From the NCBI GenBank assembly GCA_951406725.2, contig OX597839.1, positions 13,702,001 through 13,766,000 of the forward strand: a stretch of DNA of 64,000 bases, in the 5' to 3' direction. Position 1 is the first letter of the stretch. Every line of letters begins with the position of its first letter. A model generated the notes under the pieces. The model saw only the letters and a list, made by a program, of their open reading frames with translations. It was not told the DNA's origin and made no database searches. Shown in pieces: positions 38,217 through 50,318 of the stretch. Source of the DNA: Octopus vulgaris (Eukaryota). Position numbers and translations under genes: made by a program.

Positions 38217-39550
38217 ATAAAAGAAGATACGACTTAGAGGAGAAAAGACACTATCAACAGGGCCTTCAAGGCAGGGCGACGAGAGGGAGGATGTTATCCT
38301 TAGACTTCGTCCCGGATGCTTGTAGCAGAATGGACCCTGTCAAAAGCACTCAAGGACCAAATAGAGATGCTGAACCAAGCTAGAGCAGATTAAGCTGGGA
38401 GTTGTTTTATAGAGAGAGACTACAATGAAATGGATGTACAGAGGGAGAAAGAGAGGGGTAGATAGAGGGAGAGAGGGAGAAGGAAAGAGGCAGAAGAGAA
38501 GTGAAAGAAAGAGAGAGGGAGGGAGCGAGAGGCGGAGTAAAGAGGTAGAGGATGAGAGAGATGAGGATTGTTATAGAGAGATGCAGAAGAAGGTGAAGGA
38601 CTGTTTGTGTTTTGTGTTGTGATGTAATTTTACGAAACTTTTGTGAGAATTGTTGAGGAAAACATCGGTTAAACAAAATAGCCTACAGGTGGCCATGACG
38701 GGTCGCCGGGTGAATGAAAGTAAAAAGTGTGCACTGGCTGGAGAGATGTGAAAGGCTGAGTGGATAGAAGTGGGCGCTGAGACAGGCGTGGATCTGAGAG
38801 AGAGACAAACGTGTACCATTGGAAGGACACCGGGTTGACAGAAAGGAAACAAAAGTTGGATATAGATAGGGTGGACAAAGGTAGACAGACACAGATTGGA
38901 CATTGCATGGACAGAAGTGGACACCGGATAGTTAGAAGTGGATACTAGGTTGGACAGAAGTGAACACATACACACACACACGCACATACATACGCGCGTA
39001 CACACACATACTCACACCCAAAGAATGTCACCGTTTGAAATATAAATACAAATATATAGTTATTATTTATAAATAACAGTTATTCACTGGATACCGAAGT
39101 AACAGTAATAACAGTGCATACGAGGGACTGGTGGTGGTAGTGGTGGTGATGGTGTAAGAGGTGGTAGGGTGACAGTGGCGGCGGTGGTGGAAGTAGTAGT
39201 GGTAACGGTGATAGAGGTGATGGCGGCGGTAGAGGCTGTGGTGTTGGTAGGGGTGGTGATGGTAGTAACTGTACTGTTATAATGATGGTGGCGGTGATTG
39301 GGCTGTGATGATGGTCCTGTGGTGGTGCGTATAGTTTAATAGTGGTGTTGACAGTGGTGGCATTGGTAGTGCTGTTGGTTATGATCTAGTGGTGTGTTGG
39401 TGGCGGTGTTGTCGTAGCGTTGGCAACGTTACGGTAGCGGTGGTTGTAGTGCTGTGGTGTTTGTCGGTGGCGGTGATGTTGCTGATATTGTTGGAGTTGT
39501 CGTTTAAATCTTTAATCAGTACCCAGCGAGTAGTCTCATAATCAGAGACC

Positions 39551-39708
39551 GGCAATCTTTCGGTATTAGTCTATGACGTCATGAGTAAGTGTGTGACATT
39601 CTGCTTCATCTGCTCGATAAGCTGAACAGTCACACTCGTACACACACATACATACACACACACACTGACTCATGACTGACGTCATATACAAATAGCGAAA
39701 GATTGGCC
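39551..39708. mobile_element. Small palindromic MITE-like element with two CRE palindromes
   Basis: ~45-bp imperfect inverted arms; TGACGTCA at 39574 and 39677; TGACTCA at 39666. Confidence 0.65.
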
Positions 39709-40354
39709 TCAGGAGACTTCCAGCAAAAAGTACCATGCTGTATTTTTTGGCAGGTATAGTGTACCTTAAACTACATTAGACAAAGTGACATTTTATAAGA
39801 CAGTAGGTGGCAAGAGGGAAAAGGAGATTTGACTGCTACTTTTAGCATGTCGACTGACTACGTTAAGACCTCCTCGTTGCCTTGTGTGGATTTCGTAATT
39901 GTTGATGGTGGTAGCGATGTTGTTGATATTGTTGTTGTTACTGATGTTGTTAAATGCTGATGTAACTGTTGGTGATTCAAGTCCCAGGGTTGTCCAGATC
40001 GAGCAGACCTATGGTCAAAAATCATAAATCATTCTAGCCGCGACCACCCCAGCTTTGGCTGCTATTTCTAGCAGATTAAGTGACCGCAGAGAGACTGCCT
40101 GCCTCGTTGACTATGGACGTTGCTGATGTTGCTGTTGGTGGTGATGTTGATTGTTGATATTGTTGATTGTTTATATTGATAATGCTGATGTTGGGTATGA
40201 CGGCTGATGCCGATGCGGTTAGAAATAATTATCAAATACGAAGTACATGCAATCATTCTGCCCTCACAATTTTTACAAAGCAAACAGAATAAATTAAAGA
40301 AAAGAAAAAAAATCTAAAATACAACCAAGTTTGTTTACCGTGTTGTAATATCAG

Positions 40355-40533
40355 CTTAAGTAATCACAGCTCTTAGTGGAGGTCGTCCTGGTAAGGGAGA
40401 GCTTAGGTAACCAGAATAAACGGAGGATGTCCAAGTCGGGGAGAGCTTAGGTAAGCACGAATTTAGCGGAGCTCGTCCAGGAGAGAGGGAGCTTAGGTAA
40501 CCACAATTAACGGAGGTCGTCCTGGTTAGGGGG
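40355..40533. repeat. Diverged ~45-bp tandem repeat, 4 copies
   Basis: Recurrent 'gcttaggtaa..cggagg.cgtcc.gg..agggaga'. Confidence 0.8.
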
Positions 40534-41565
40534 AACAAAATAAACCACAACTTGACAATACTTTTCTTACAATCAACTCTGAATATTGAATGGAGAATTT
40601 GCAGCATTCTGATTGGTTGAAACTCACACTCCTCCTGGCTTCTCCCTTCTTATCCGTCCTCTCTCATATCATTCTTCTCTCTTTCTTTTTCTCACTCTCT
40701 CTCTGTCTCTCGCCCCCTCATTCCACCTTACTCAACATACGGCCTCTTTTACTTTCTCTCATTTTTCTTTCTCGTTTCATTCGCTTTACTCAGCATGCTA
40801 TCTCCTTTTCTTATTTTCCCTCTCTCTGTAACCCTTTCTATCTACTTCACACTATCTATTTCCAACTCTCTCCTTCTCCCCTCATTCCACTTCACTCAGA
40901 ATAGACCTCTTCTTTATAGATGTCTCCCCTATTTTCCTTCTTTTTCTCATTCCCCTTCAGTCGGCATCGCCTTTCCTTCTTCCCCTCTCTGCCTGTCTTT
41001 CTTTCTATCTACACAACCCCCTCCACTTCTCACTGTCTGTCTGTCTGTCTCTCTCTTTCTTTCTCTCTCCCTTTCTCTCTCTCTCTCTCCCTTTCTCTCT
41101 CTCTCTTTATATATATATATATATATATTCTGTTTCTGAGTCTCTTTCTCCTTCACTCCTACACATTAACCTTCCACACATCTCTATTTTTAATCTCCAT
41201 CACACTCACACTCTTCCTCTCTCTCCCTACTACATACTCAGTCTCTTTCTCTCTAACCTTCCTCCTCTCTATAACTACGTCAATACCACACACATTTCCC
41301 CCTCCTTTTAAATCTCACACCGCCCCTCTCTTACTTCTACTCATTGTTCTTTTTCCCCATTTTAAGTTCTTCTGTCTGTATGTCTCTCTCTCTCTGTCTC
41401 TGTCTCTCTCTCTCTCTCTCTCTTTCATCCCACTCCTCATTCTCCTTCACATCTGATCGACAGACATAAGGAGAAAGACAGCTTGAGACAGGGTGATACA
41501 GAAAGACACACAAATAGAAAGATAGATAGACAGATAACTAGATAGATGAACAGATCGATAGATGA

Positions 41566-42305
41566 ATTGGTTTCAAATCTCTGGTACAAGACCAGCTATG
41601 TCAGGAAAGTGGGTAAATCGATTGAATCGATCCCAATGTTCAACTGGTACGTATTTTATCGCACCCGAAAGGGCAAAAGGCAAAATCGACCGCGGCGGAA
41701 TTTGAACTCAGAACATAGCGGCAGACGAAATACCTATTTCTTTATTGCCCACAAGGGGCTAAACACAGAGAGGACAAACAAGGACAGACAAACGGATTAA
41801 GTCGATTATATCGACCCCGAAGGGATGAAAGGCAAAGTGGACCTCGGCGGAATTTGAACTCAGAACGTAGCGGCAGACGAAATTTCTTTACTACCCACAA
41901 GGGGCTAAACACAGAGAGGACAAACGGATTAAGTCGATTATATCGACCCTAGTGCGTAACTGGTACTTATTTAATCGACCCTGAAAGGATGTAAGGCAAA
42001 GTCGACCTTGGCGGAATTTGAACTCAGAACATAACGACAGACGAAATACCGCTAAGCATTTCGCCCGGCGTGCTAACGTTTCTACCAGCTCGACCCGCTT
42101 CAGACTAAATATAATGGTTTGAAATTTTAGCACAAGACCTGTGATTTTGAGGGAGTGGGGTCAGTCGATTAGATCAACTCCAGTGTACGTCCGAAAAGAT
42201 GAATGGCAAAGAGGACCTCGGCGGAGTATGAACTCAAAATGTAGACAGACGAAATGCAACTAAGCATTTTGCCCGGCGTGCTAACGATCCTGCCAGCTCG
42301 CCGCC
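41566..42305 (-). mobile_element. SINE family C array (4 units)
   Basis: Minus-strand order: tail2 unit, then head-tail1, tail1, tail2. Confidence 0.85.
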
Positions 42306-42359
42306 TTAAAACAATAGATATAGTGAAAGATAAATAGTAGACATTACACAAACACATAG

Positions 42360-42424
<65 letters not shown>

Positions 42425-42512
42425 TATATAACATACAGACACACAAACATATACATATATATATACGTAGCATACGCATATTTATACATACATATAGGTA
42501 CATACATTTATA

Positions 42513-42548
<36 letters not shown>

Positions 42549-42969
42549 AACATACAAACTATCTGTCCATCTATCCATCCATTCATCCATACATACATCC
42601 TTTTATTTGTTTTCTCGCTTTCTTTTGCTGTGGCCATGCTAGGATACCATCTTCAAGCTTTTAGTTGATCATATCAACTCCGGTACTGATTACTGTCAAA
42701 TATTCGATCTATCGATCTGCTTTTACCTAACCGCTGGAAATTAAAAGGACGCAACAAAGCAGCAACACCGGTCTACCGGTCTAAAAACCGGTGTAGCATA
42801 TGTAGTAAACCTCAACACGCACGCACATGTAATGTCACAGGTAATATTATCAAACGGTTATTGTTATCAAAATTAATGGAGATAACTTTATTTATCGTCT
42901 GTTTAATGTTATCAGGCCTGATATTACTATCTAAAGATTCCATTCCAAAGCGATCATAATAAACGGTTT

Positions 42970-43003
<34 letters not shown>

Positions 43004-43388
43004 ATATGTGTGTATATATATATATATGTATGTATTTATGTGTGTATATATACATATGTGTATATATATATGTCCAATAAAATCATAAATTAACTAATCT
43101 CTGTATTTTCTTTCACCCAAAACCAGAAACTTTTCATAGGGGTTATGAAAGTAACCCACTATGGGATATCAGTTATCCAATATACTGCTGGTGAAGTACC
43201 CAAATACTAAATACATAAATGCTTTTAATTACAATGCAATTAATTCATTTATTGTATTGAATGCGTGAAGGTTAAAAATATTTTACCATAAATTCACAAT
43301 ACAAATAAGAAAATGGAGAAACAAATTCATTTCGATCATCAACTTAAGGATATTACATTTTCACATTATTTATTAATTATACAAATGG

Positions 43389-43504
<116 letters not shown>

Positions 43505-44212
43505 GTTTGTGTGTGTGTAGATAGAGATACATAAAAAGAAATGTTGAAATAAGTTAGAGATCGATAAATGGATAATAAATGAAAATTCTGTTTGCCTGTG
43601 TATATGCATTGTGTATATCCACGCACACACACACACAGAACGAGAGATGTTATGTATGAGATTATGAGATGGATAGACGGCAGACAGGCAGACAGACAAA
43701 TTGACAAAGAAAAAAGCTAAAAATAAGTTGGAAGTTATTTTCTTTCTTTTTACTAGCGAAATTGTGTTCCATATGTAATTCACCAGCCCACAATAATAGT
43801 ACAGTATCAGCCAAGACGCAGATTACTGAACAGTTGTAGAAAATACTCAATATCGTACGTGTGAATGTGGTCACTTCATCATGTGTATACACACACACAC
43901 ACACAACCGCGCGCGCGAACAACATCAAAGCAGTTTTATTATTATTCTGTACATAAGAACAACCTGCTGCCTGCTGTCATTTTTAACTGACACATACGTA
44001 CATATACACACGTACACGCATGCATGCAAGTATACACACACATGCATACATACATACATACACACATGCATACATACATATACACTGCTACATCTGTTTC
44101 TGTGTGCGTGTGCGTGCACACATATGCATATGTATATACATATATATGTAAGTATGTACATATACGTGAGTATATATGCATATATATTTTATTTATATTC
44201 ATATACATACAT

Positions 44213-44259
<47 letters not shown>

Positions 44260-44759
44260 GCTTCTGCAAATATAAATATATACACCGTCCTACACACCAG
44301 ATGACATCGAATTTTTACTCCTACACACATTCTATATACATACATACATACATACATACATTTACAAGCAGACCAAAATACGGCATACCTACACGTGTAT
44401 GCCACCACCGATTGTATTTCCTCATAACTTCCAGAAAAATGGATATTTCCTTTATGAAATTTTCCACAAATACGCTTCAGATGATGTGGATTCCGATCAT
44501 ATCGGAATTTGTTGCAAAAATGGTTTCGAAAGGTGGGGTGAAGCATTTCGGAAAATCACTCGAGTTGACTTTGTTACGTCATGTTTTTCCCAAAAATGTT
44601 AAACAAATATTTCATTAAAAAAAGATATTTTTTAATGAAATTTTCTACAGTTATACTTCATAGGTAGATTCTGATTATGTCCGAGGAAAGGGAAAGGAGT
44701 TTCGGTGTTTCCTTATAACTCGGTGTTTCCTTATAATTTCGGAATGTCAATTTGATAGT

Positions 44760-44910
44760 GAACACCCGTTCACTATCCAGGAGAACCCAGAGGTGCCTCA
44801 ACCTCAACGCATGTCTGCGCATCATTAACCAAGGCATCCCTAAACCTCCCTTTAAAGGCTTTTGACAGCAGACAGAGCGTTTCACAAGTGGCGACCTGCC
44901 CTTCCACAAA
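44760..44910 (-). pseudogene. Tx1-clade ORF2 fragment
   Basis: WKGRSPLVKRSVCCQKPLKGGLGMPWLMMRRHALRLRHLW; paralogous to 46497-46625. Confidence 0.8.
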
Positions 44911-45096
44911 AATTTTCAATGAATACTTTTCAGATACCTTTCAAAAAATACCTTTCCGACATAATCGTGTATATTACGATTGTATCAGAATTCAATATGA
45001 AAAAAAAAAAAAAGAAAAGAAAGAAAAACAGCTTGGTTCGTACCCATACATACCGACACACATCACAAAAGGAATTTGGAGATTTCGGAAAAATTC

Positions 45097-45472
45097 TTTT
45101 CTTTTCTGCTCTAGGTATAAGGCCCGAAATTTGGGGGGAGTGAGCCAGTCGATTACATCGACCCCAGTGCGTAACTGGTACTTATATAATCGACCCCGAA
45201 AGGATGAAAGGCAAAGTTGACCTCGGCGGAATTTGAACTCAGAACGTAGCGTCAGACGAAACACCGCTAAGCATTTTGCGCGGCGTACTAACGTTTCTTA
45301 TTTCTTTATTCCCCACAAGGAGCTAAACATAGAGGGGACAGACAAAGCAATTAAGTTGATTATATCGACCCCAGTGCGTAACTGGTACTTAATTTATCGA
45401 CTCCGAAAGGATGAAAGGCAAAGTCGACCTCGGTGGAATTTGAACTCAGAACGTAACGGCAGACGAAATACC
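45097..45472 (-). mobile_element. SINE family C, 3' portion (tail1 unit plus tail2 unit) of the copy interrupted by Tx1
   Basis: Starts at the TSD 'ggtatttcgtctgccgttac' immediately after the LINE 3' end. Confidence 0.85.
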
Positions 45473-45709
45473 AATTTCATTATTGCCCACCGGGGGCCAA
45501 ACATAGAAATGGACAGAACAGCTGATGGAATCAGTGATGCGATATGATTTTACATATAATGTGACTTTAAAAATTTACATACAATATATAAAAAATCGAA
45601 TGGAATTAACAATACAAAGACAATACAAATGAAGCGATGATCAGGCCACGCTCCGACCCCACAAGCCCCGATCTACTGCTGGTACCTTTTTTTTCTTTTT
45701 TTTTCCGGT

Positions 45710-46628
45710 CTATTCACACGGTTTCTTGCACGAACAACACTCGTGCAACATGCTTCCATCTCTTTCGGAACTATACTCCGACAGACACCTCTTCTCCAGC
45801 CACAGCTTCCTTTTCAAATGGAAAGAAAAAAAATGATCGTAAATTGTGACCAGAGATAAAGTTGCCTGTCTTAATTCCTTTTATCCTAATCTTCCATACT
45901 GCCTCTTTCGCTATTGCTACAACCGTGAGAAAACAATTCTTACCTTCGTTCGTTAAAACTCCTGGTGGGTCAATTTTTATAATTGACTCAGTCGACAGCT
46001 GTACTCTTCCTTCGCCGGACAACAGGTGTTCAGCATAAGCCCACATTTCAGTTATCTCCGGACACTGAACAATAGCGTGAGGGACGGTTTCCCTGCCCCC
46101 CCCCCCCGCATCTTGGACAGGTCAGCGACTGACGTTTACCATGTCTTGCGAGCTTATCCCAAATGGGCAAGGAATCTCTGTAGCATTGCCAGATTAAGGA
46201 CTTTTGGAAGTTGTCCAACGTTCTCAACCCGAATGTACAGTGAAACAGGCTGTCCAGTTGAATAAATCCGAGACCTAGAGTCGACCACAGGCCATCGTCG
46301 CATTCAGACTCTACCAATCCACTATATAAAATCCGCGTGGAACCCCCCACCGCTGGCGTTGCCCGAGCGCCGGAATAGCAAGAGGGCCTTACGGCACTCT
46401 TTATATCACTCACTCGACCTCGGTCTACGAGAACACTAGGCTTCCAGTTCGCAAAAACTTTTGAACTCGGGGAACATTTGTCTGGCTAGCGGAGACCACA
46501 CCCGTTCACTCTCCAGGAGAATCCAGAGGTGCCTCAACCTCAAAGCATGTCTGCGCATCATTAACCAAGGCATCCGTAAACCTCTCTTTAAAGGGTTTTG
46601 ACAGCAGACAGAGCGCTTCACAAAAAGC
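45710..46628 (-). pseudogene. Tx1 ORF2 C-terminal remnant with CCHC (zf-RVT-like) motif
   Basis: LDNFQKSLIWQCYRDSLPIWDKLARHG..TCPRC (frameshift) ETVPHAIVQCPEITEMWAYAEHLLS..AIAKEAVWKIR; stops and frameshifts. Confidence 0.8.
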
Positions 46629-46770
46629 GAAAGAGCTGTCTCTCCAACCTGATCAACCACGAATCCGGACAGGGCACGACGGTCAGGCGGTAGGTAATGA
46701 CCGATGCGATAAACACATTTCAGGGATAGCCACCACCAAGACCAGGTCTTGACTATTGCAGCCACCCTGC

Positions 46771-47457
46771 TCAATACCTCTGTCCAGTTCTTCTCTGCTG
46801 GAGGTTAATACTATCTTCCCTGTTTGCCAGGACCGCCGCCATCAAGCACATAGGGTTTACTCCGGGTGGATTTCTAGGTATTCTCACTTTTGATGTTCTC
46901 ATTCCCATGTAAATTGAGATTAACAGAGTGTCTTCCGACTCTAAAGATTTTATAGAGTGTTTTTGTGCCGTTTCTGCATTCTTGAACCTCACCACGATGG
47001 TTCCAAGCTTCTTCCCTCTGGCTAGATATGTAATGTCCTGCCAGATGGGTTTTAGACATTTTTCAATTTTTTGTTCACATATTTTATCAATTTTACGTGC
47101 TTTTAAGCAAAATGTTTTAAAAATAATAAATTTCTTTTTTTCCTCCGTTAATTCTTCTGGTATTTCCACTTTTACCATTCCATCTCGTTCTTTTATCATA
47201 TCTTTATATTTTAAATATTCTTTTATGTCGGTTGACAGCTGCCGCGTTCCACCACCAGCCGCTGACGCAAAACTTTTGCTTTCTTCATTTTGGATGGTCC
47301 TTTTTTCTGTCTTCCTATTGGTGTTCGTAACTCTTGGTAATGTTGGAAATTCGCTTTCCGACACATCAGAAACGTCAAAAATTAAGCTTTCTATTTTCTT
47401 GGCTTCTCTTTCAATTAATGCTTCGTCTCCCGACGAAGAACACGAACTTTTCGGCAT
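46771..47457 (-). CDS. Tx1-like ORF1 (228 aa, probably C-terminally damaged)
   Basis: Complex non-repetitive ORF with SFASAA and an RRM-like 'GTIVVRF..IYMGMRTSKVRI..PPGV' region, upstream of the ORF2 remnant on the same strand. Confidence 0.7.
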   Translation of the reverse strand: MPKSSCSSSGDEALIEREAKKIESLIFDVSDVSESEFPTLPRVTNTNRKTEKRTIQNEESKSFASAAGGGTRQLSTDIKEYLKYKDMIKERDGMVKVEIPEELTEEKKKFIIFKTFCLKARKIDKICEQKIEKCLKPIWQDITYLARGKKLGTIVVRFKNAETAQKHSIKSLESEDTLLISIYMGMRTSKVRIPRNPPGVNPMCLMAAVLANREDSINLQQRRTGQRY

Positions 47458-47618
47458 CTTGCCGGCAATTAATATTTTCCCCCACAGGGAAAAACCACAG
47501 ATAGCTTTCGAAAGAAAACTATACTACAATTTTTTCAACAATAAGTCCAACAATAGGCACAACAAGAAATATAACAGTTAATAGAAACTTATGAACACAC
47601 TCCAACAATAAATTTTCA

Positions 47619-47686
47619 GTAACAGACGTACGATATACCACAATGCATTTCGCTCGGCGTGCTAACGTTTCTGTCAACTCGCTGCC
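47619..47686 (-). mobile_element. SINE family C 5' head, upstream of the Tx1 insertion
   Basis: Minus strand 'ggcagcgagttgacagaaacgttagcacgccgagcgaaatgcattgtggtatatcgtacgtctgttac'. Confidence 0.85.
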
Positions 47687-47804
47687 TTGATTTCGGAAAA
47701 AAATTCTAATGCATGTCAGTATATGTGCGAGCCCGCAATTTTTTTTTTTTTTTTCATGCCAAATTCCGATATAACTGTAGTGTATGACATCTGAAAGGCA
47801 TTTG

Positions 47805-47946
47805 GGATCTTTTCGGTTTGAACGGCAGTTTTTTCTAGCGGTGTCATATGAAATTGTCACCCATAATTTTGACCCTAGTATCGATCTATTGCATTTCAAT
47901 CTGTTTTAGGGTTAGGGTTAGGGTCAGGGGTGGGGGGAAGGGCATC
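47805..47946 (+). mobile_element. Telomeric-repeat MITE, truncated
   Basis: Left TIR through the ttaggg tract only. Confidence 0.85.
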
Positions 47947-49239
47947 TCCCAGCCTCGGCTAAAGAAACATTTTTCATCAACGAATTCCAATATAATTGGT
48001 ATCTGCATTATCTGAAGTATATTTGTGAAAAATTTTCATTAAAAAATATATATTTTTCTGGAAGTTATCAAGGAACATAGTTGGAGTGGGGGCACACATG
48101 TGTAGGTATGCCAAAAATACATTGGGCTGGTCGCGGCTGGAATGTCTTTGAGGTAGGTCTGCTTCAGAGTACATCGGTCACGCTGAGACAAGAAGGGACC
48201 CGTTACTAGTGACTATTTGGAGGTCCTCTTCTTAAATAATAAAAAAAAAGGCGCAGGAGTGGCTGTGTGGCTAAACACAGAGGACAAACAAGGACAGACA
48301 AACAGATTAAGTGACTGGTACTTATTTAAGACGGATTAGTGACTGGTACTTATTTAATCGACCCCGAAAGGATGAAAGGCAACTTGTGTCGAAGTGATCA
48401 CAGAGCAATGCGAGACGAAGTGCTTTGCTCAAGAATGGGAAAAAAACAAACAAAAAACAAAACGAACGAAATTATCTGACAACTCAATATTTACAACGAA
48501 GTAAAGAACGAACAGCAGCCTTAACGTGAGGCGTATTTAAACCGTACTCTGTGGGTCCTATATGCTGGAAAATAGCGTTTTGTAGCGATAATTCAAATGA
48601 TGTCTGCACTGTTGAAATGCGAACTGACGAACTTTTGGCTGGAAGATCGACCTGCTATCAACTGTAACACGTGTTATATTTACATCAGCTGATGCCGAAT
48701 AATCGATACTTACGTCCTACACATATGTACGCATGATTATACAGTCAAATGCAGACACAAATATCGGTGACGAATTAGAGCACCGGACGAACTTCCATGC
48801 CGTATTAATCCTAGCTATCTTACGGTCGGGGTTCAAATGACTCCCAAGGACAACTTTACTTTTTATCTTTCGACGAGAGTTGATAAAGAGCCAGTTTAGA
48901 GTGGTGAACTCGCTGAATCGTTAGAGCATCAGGCGGGCAGGTCTTTCACTGATTCGGATCTCAACACGCAGCCCGGTCCGGGATTCGAACTCACAACCTC
49001 ACGATCGTAAGCTCGACGCTCTAACCACTGAGCCATGCGCCTTCACTTTATATATATCTATATATATATATATGTGTGTGTGTGTATGTGTGTGAGTGTG
49101 TGTGTGTGTGTGTGTTTATTTATTTATACACAGTATATGTATGTATACATATATCATTTAAAGAACGGTGTATTATATGGAAGCTTACTGTTATTTATAG
49201 AAACCTCAAAATAATGCAGACTTGCAGACATAAGTTTGT

Positions 49240-49445
49240 AGGACACTGTTGGTGACCAAATAATAATGAAATCGTACGTCAGCTATTATTACGCGAAAAC
49301 ACAGAGGCAGACCTTGTCGGCCATATGTGCAGCAGATATTTGGGGAAATAAGTCTTTAAAAAATAACAGTTGCAGAGATAGTAGAAGACAAGGAAGCATA
49401 AATAAATATGGCCAATGGAGTCCGAACGCGCTCGATATGGCATGA
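49240..49445 (+). pseudogene. Degraded RTE-clade LINE C-terminus
   Basis: GHCW*PNNNEIVRQLLL..KHRGRPCRPYVQQI..VEDKEA*INMANGVRTRS resembles RTE 'GHCWR..E..LLLW..RGRP..Y..Q..M.DR..W'. Confidence 0.55.
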
Positions 49446-49522
49446 AAGTGCTAGTATAAGAACTGGTTAAATATTTATCAGTTGGACAGAGGACTCAGGG
49501 TCCTTGGTCATTATTATGTATC

Positions 49523-49690
49523 CAGGGCCGGCTCAAGGTATCGGCAACGCGGGCAGTCCCCCAGGGCGCCGTGTGCTTTTTAAATCTACATTTTCACTTT
49601 TTCTACTTGTGGAAGTTTTAGAAAATTATACTTGTAAGGGTGCCGAAGTTCAGCTTGCCTGGGGCGCCAGCAACCCTTGGGCCGGCCTTG
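49523..49690. mobile_element. hAT-type MITE
   Basis: TIR cagggccggc/gccggccttg; 8-bp TSD tatgtatc/tatgcatc. Confidence 0.8.
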
Positions 49691-49705
49691 TATGCATCGT
49701 ATTTA

Positions 49706-50318
49706 AGGCCTCGAATTGGCAAAATCGTTAGCACGCCTGGTAAAATGCTTAGCAATTTTCAAATTCCGCCAAGGTCGACTTTGCCATTTATCCTTTCGGG
49801 ATTGATAAAATATACGTGCCATATTAGCACTGGGGCCGATGTAATCGACTGGTCCCTTCCCAGTATTACTGCCCTCGTGCCAAAATTTGAAACCAATATT
49901 TACTAATATTAAGGCGGCGAGTTGGGAGAATGGTTAACACGCCGGGCAAAATGCTTAGCGGCAATTCGTCCGTATTAACGTTTTTTAGTTCAATTTCTGA
50001 CGAGGTTGATTCTCTCTTTTATACTGTCGGGGTCGGTAAAGTATATACCAGTTGAGCACTGGGGTCGATGTAATCGACTTACCCACTTAATAGAAATTGC
50101 TGGCCTTGTGCCCAAATTTGAACCAATACTTACAAATATCAAGGCGGCAAACTGGCAGAATCGTTATCACGTCGGGAAAAATACTTAGCGACATTTCGTT
50201 CGTATTTACGTTCTAAGTTCAATTTCTGCCGAGGTTGATTTTGTCTTTTTTCCTCTCAGGGTCGATAAAATATATACCAGCTGAGCACTGTAATCGACTA
50301 ACCCCTTTCCCAGAAATT
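49706..50318 (+). mobile_element. Three head-to-tail SINE C (tail2) units
   Basis: Heads at ~49706, 49912 and 50142; tails 'gtgccaaaatttgaaaccaat'. Confidence 0.8.

Larger units (their letters stand above)
45473..47618 (-). mobile_element. Internally deleted Tx1-clade LINE (5' UTR, ORF1, ORF2 C-terminus, 3' UTR)
   Basis: ORF1-like frame, post-RT and zinc-finger remnants, 3' end 'tgtttggcccccggtgggcaataatgaaat', imperfect ~20-bp TSD. No EN or RT core visible. Confidence 0.85.
44380..48118. mobile_element. Old palindromic DNA element (arms ~44380-45080 and ~47707-48118) hosting nested insertions
   Basis: 44380-44515 is the diverged reverse complement of 47977-48113; 44945-45060 is the diverged reverse complement of 47710-47803. 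Confidence 0.6.

Noticed and set aside
46928-47581. 217-aa plus-strand ORF
   Set aside because: Antisense shadow of the Tx1 ORF1.
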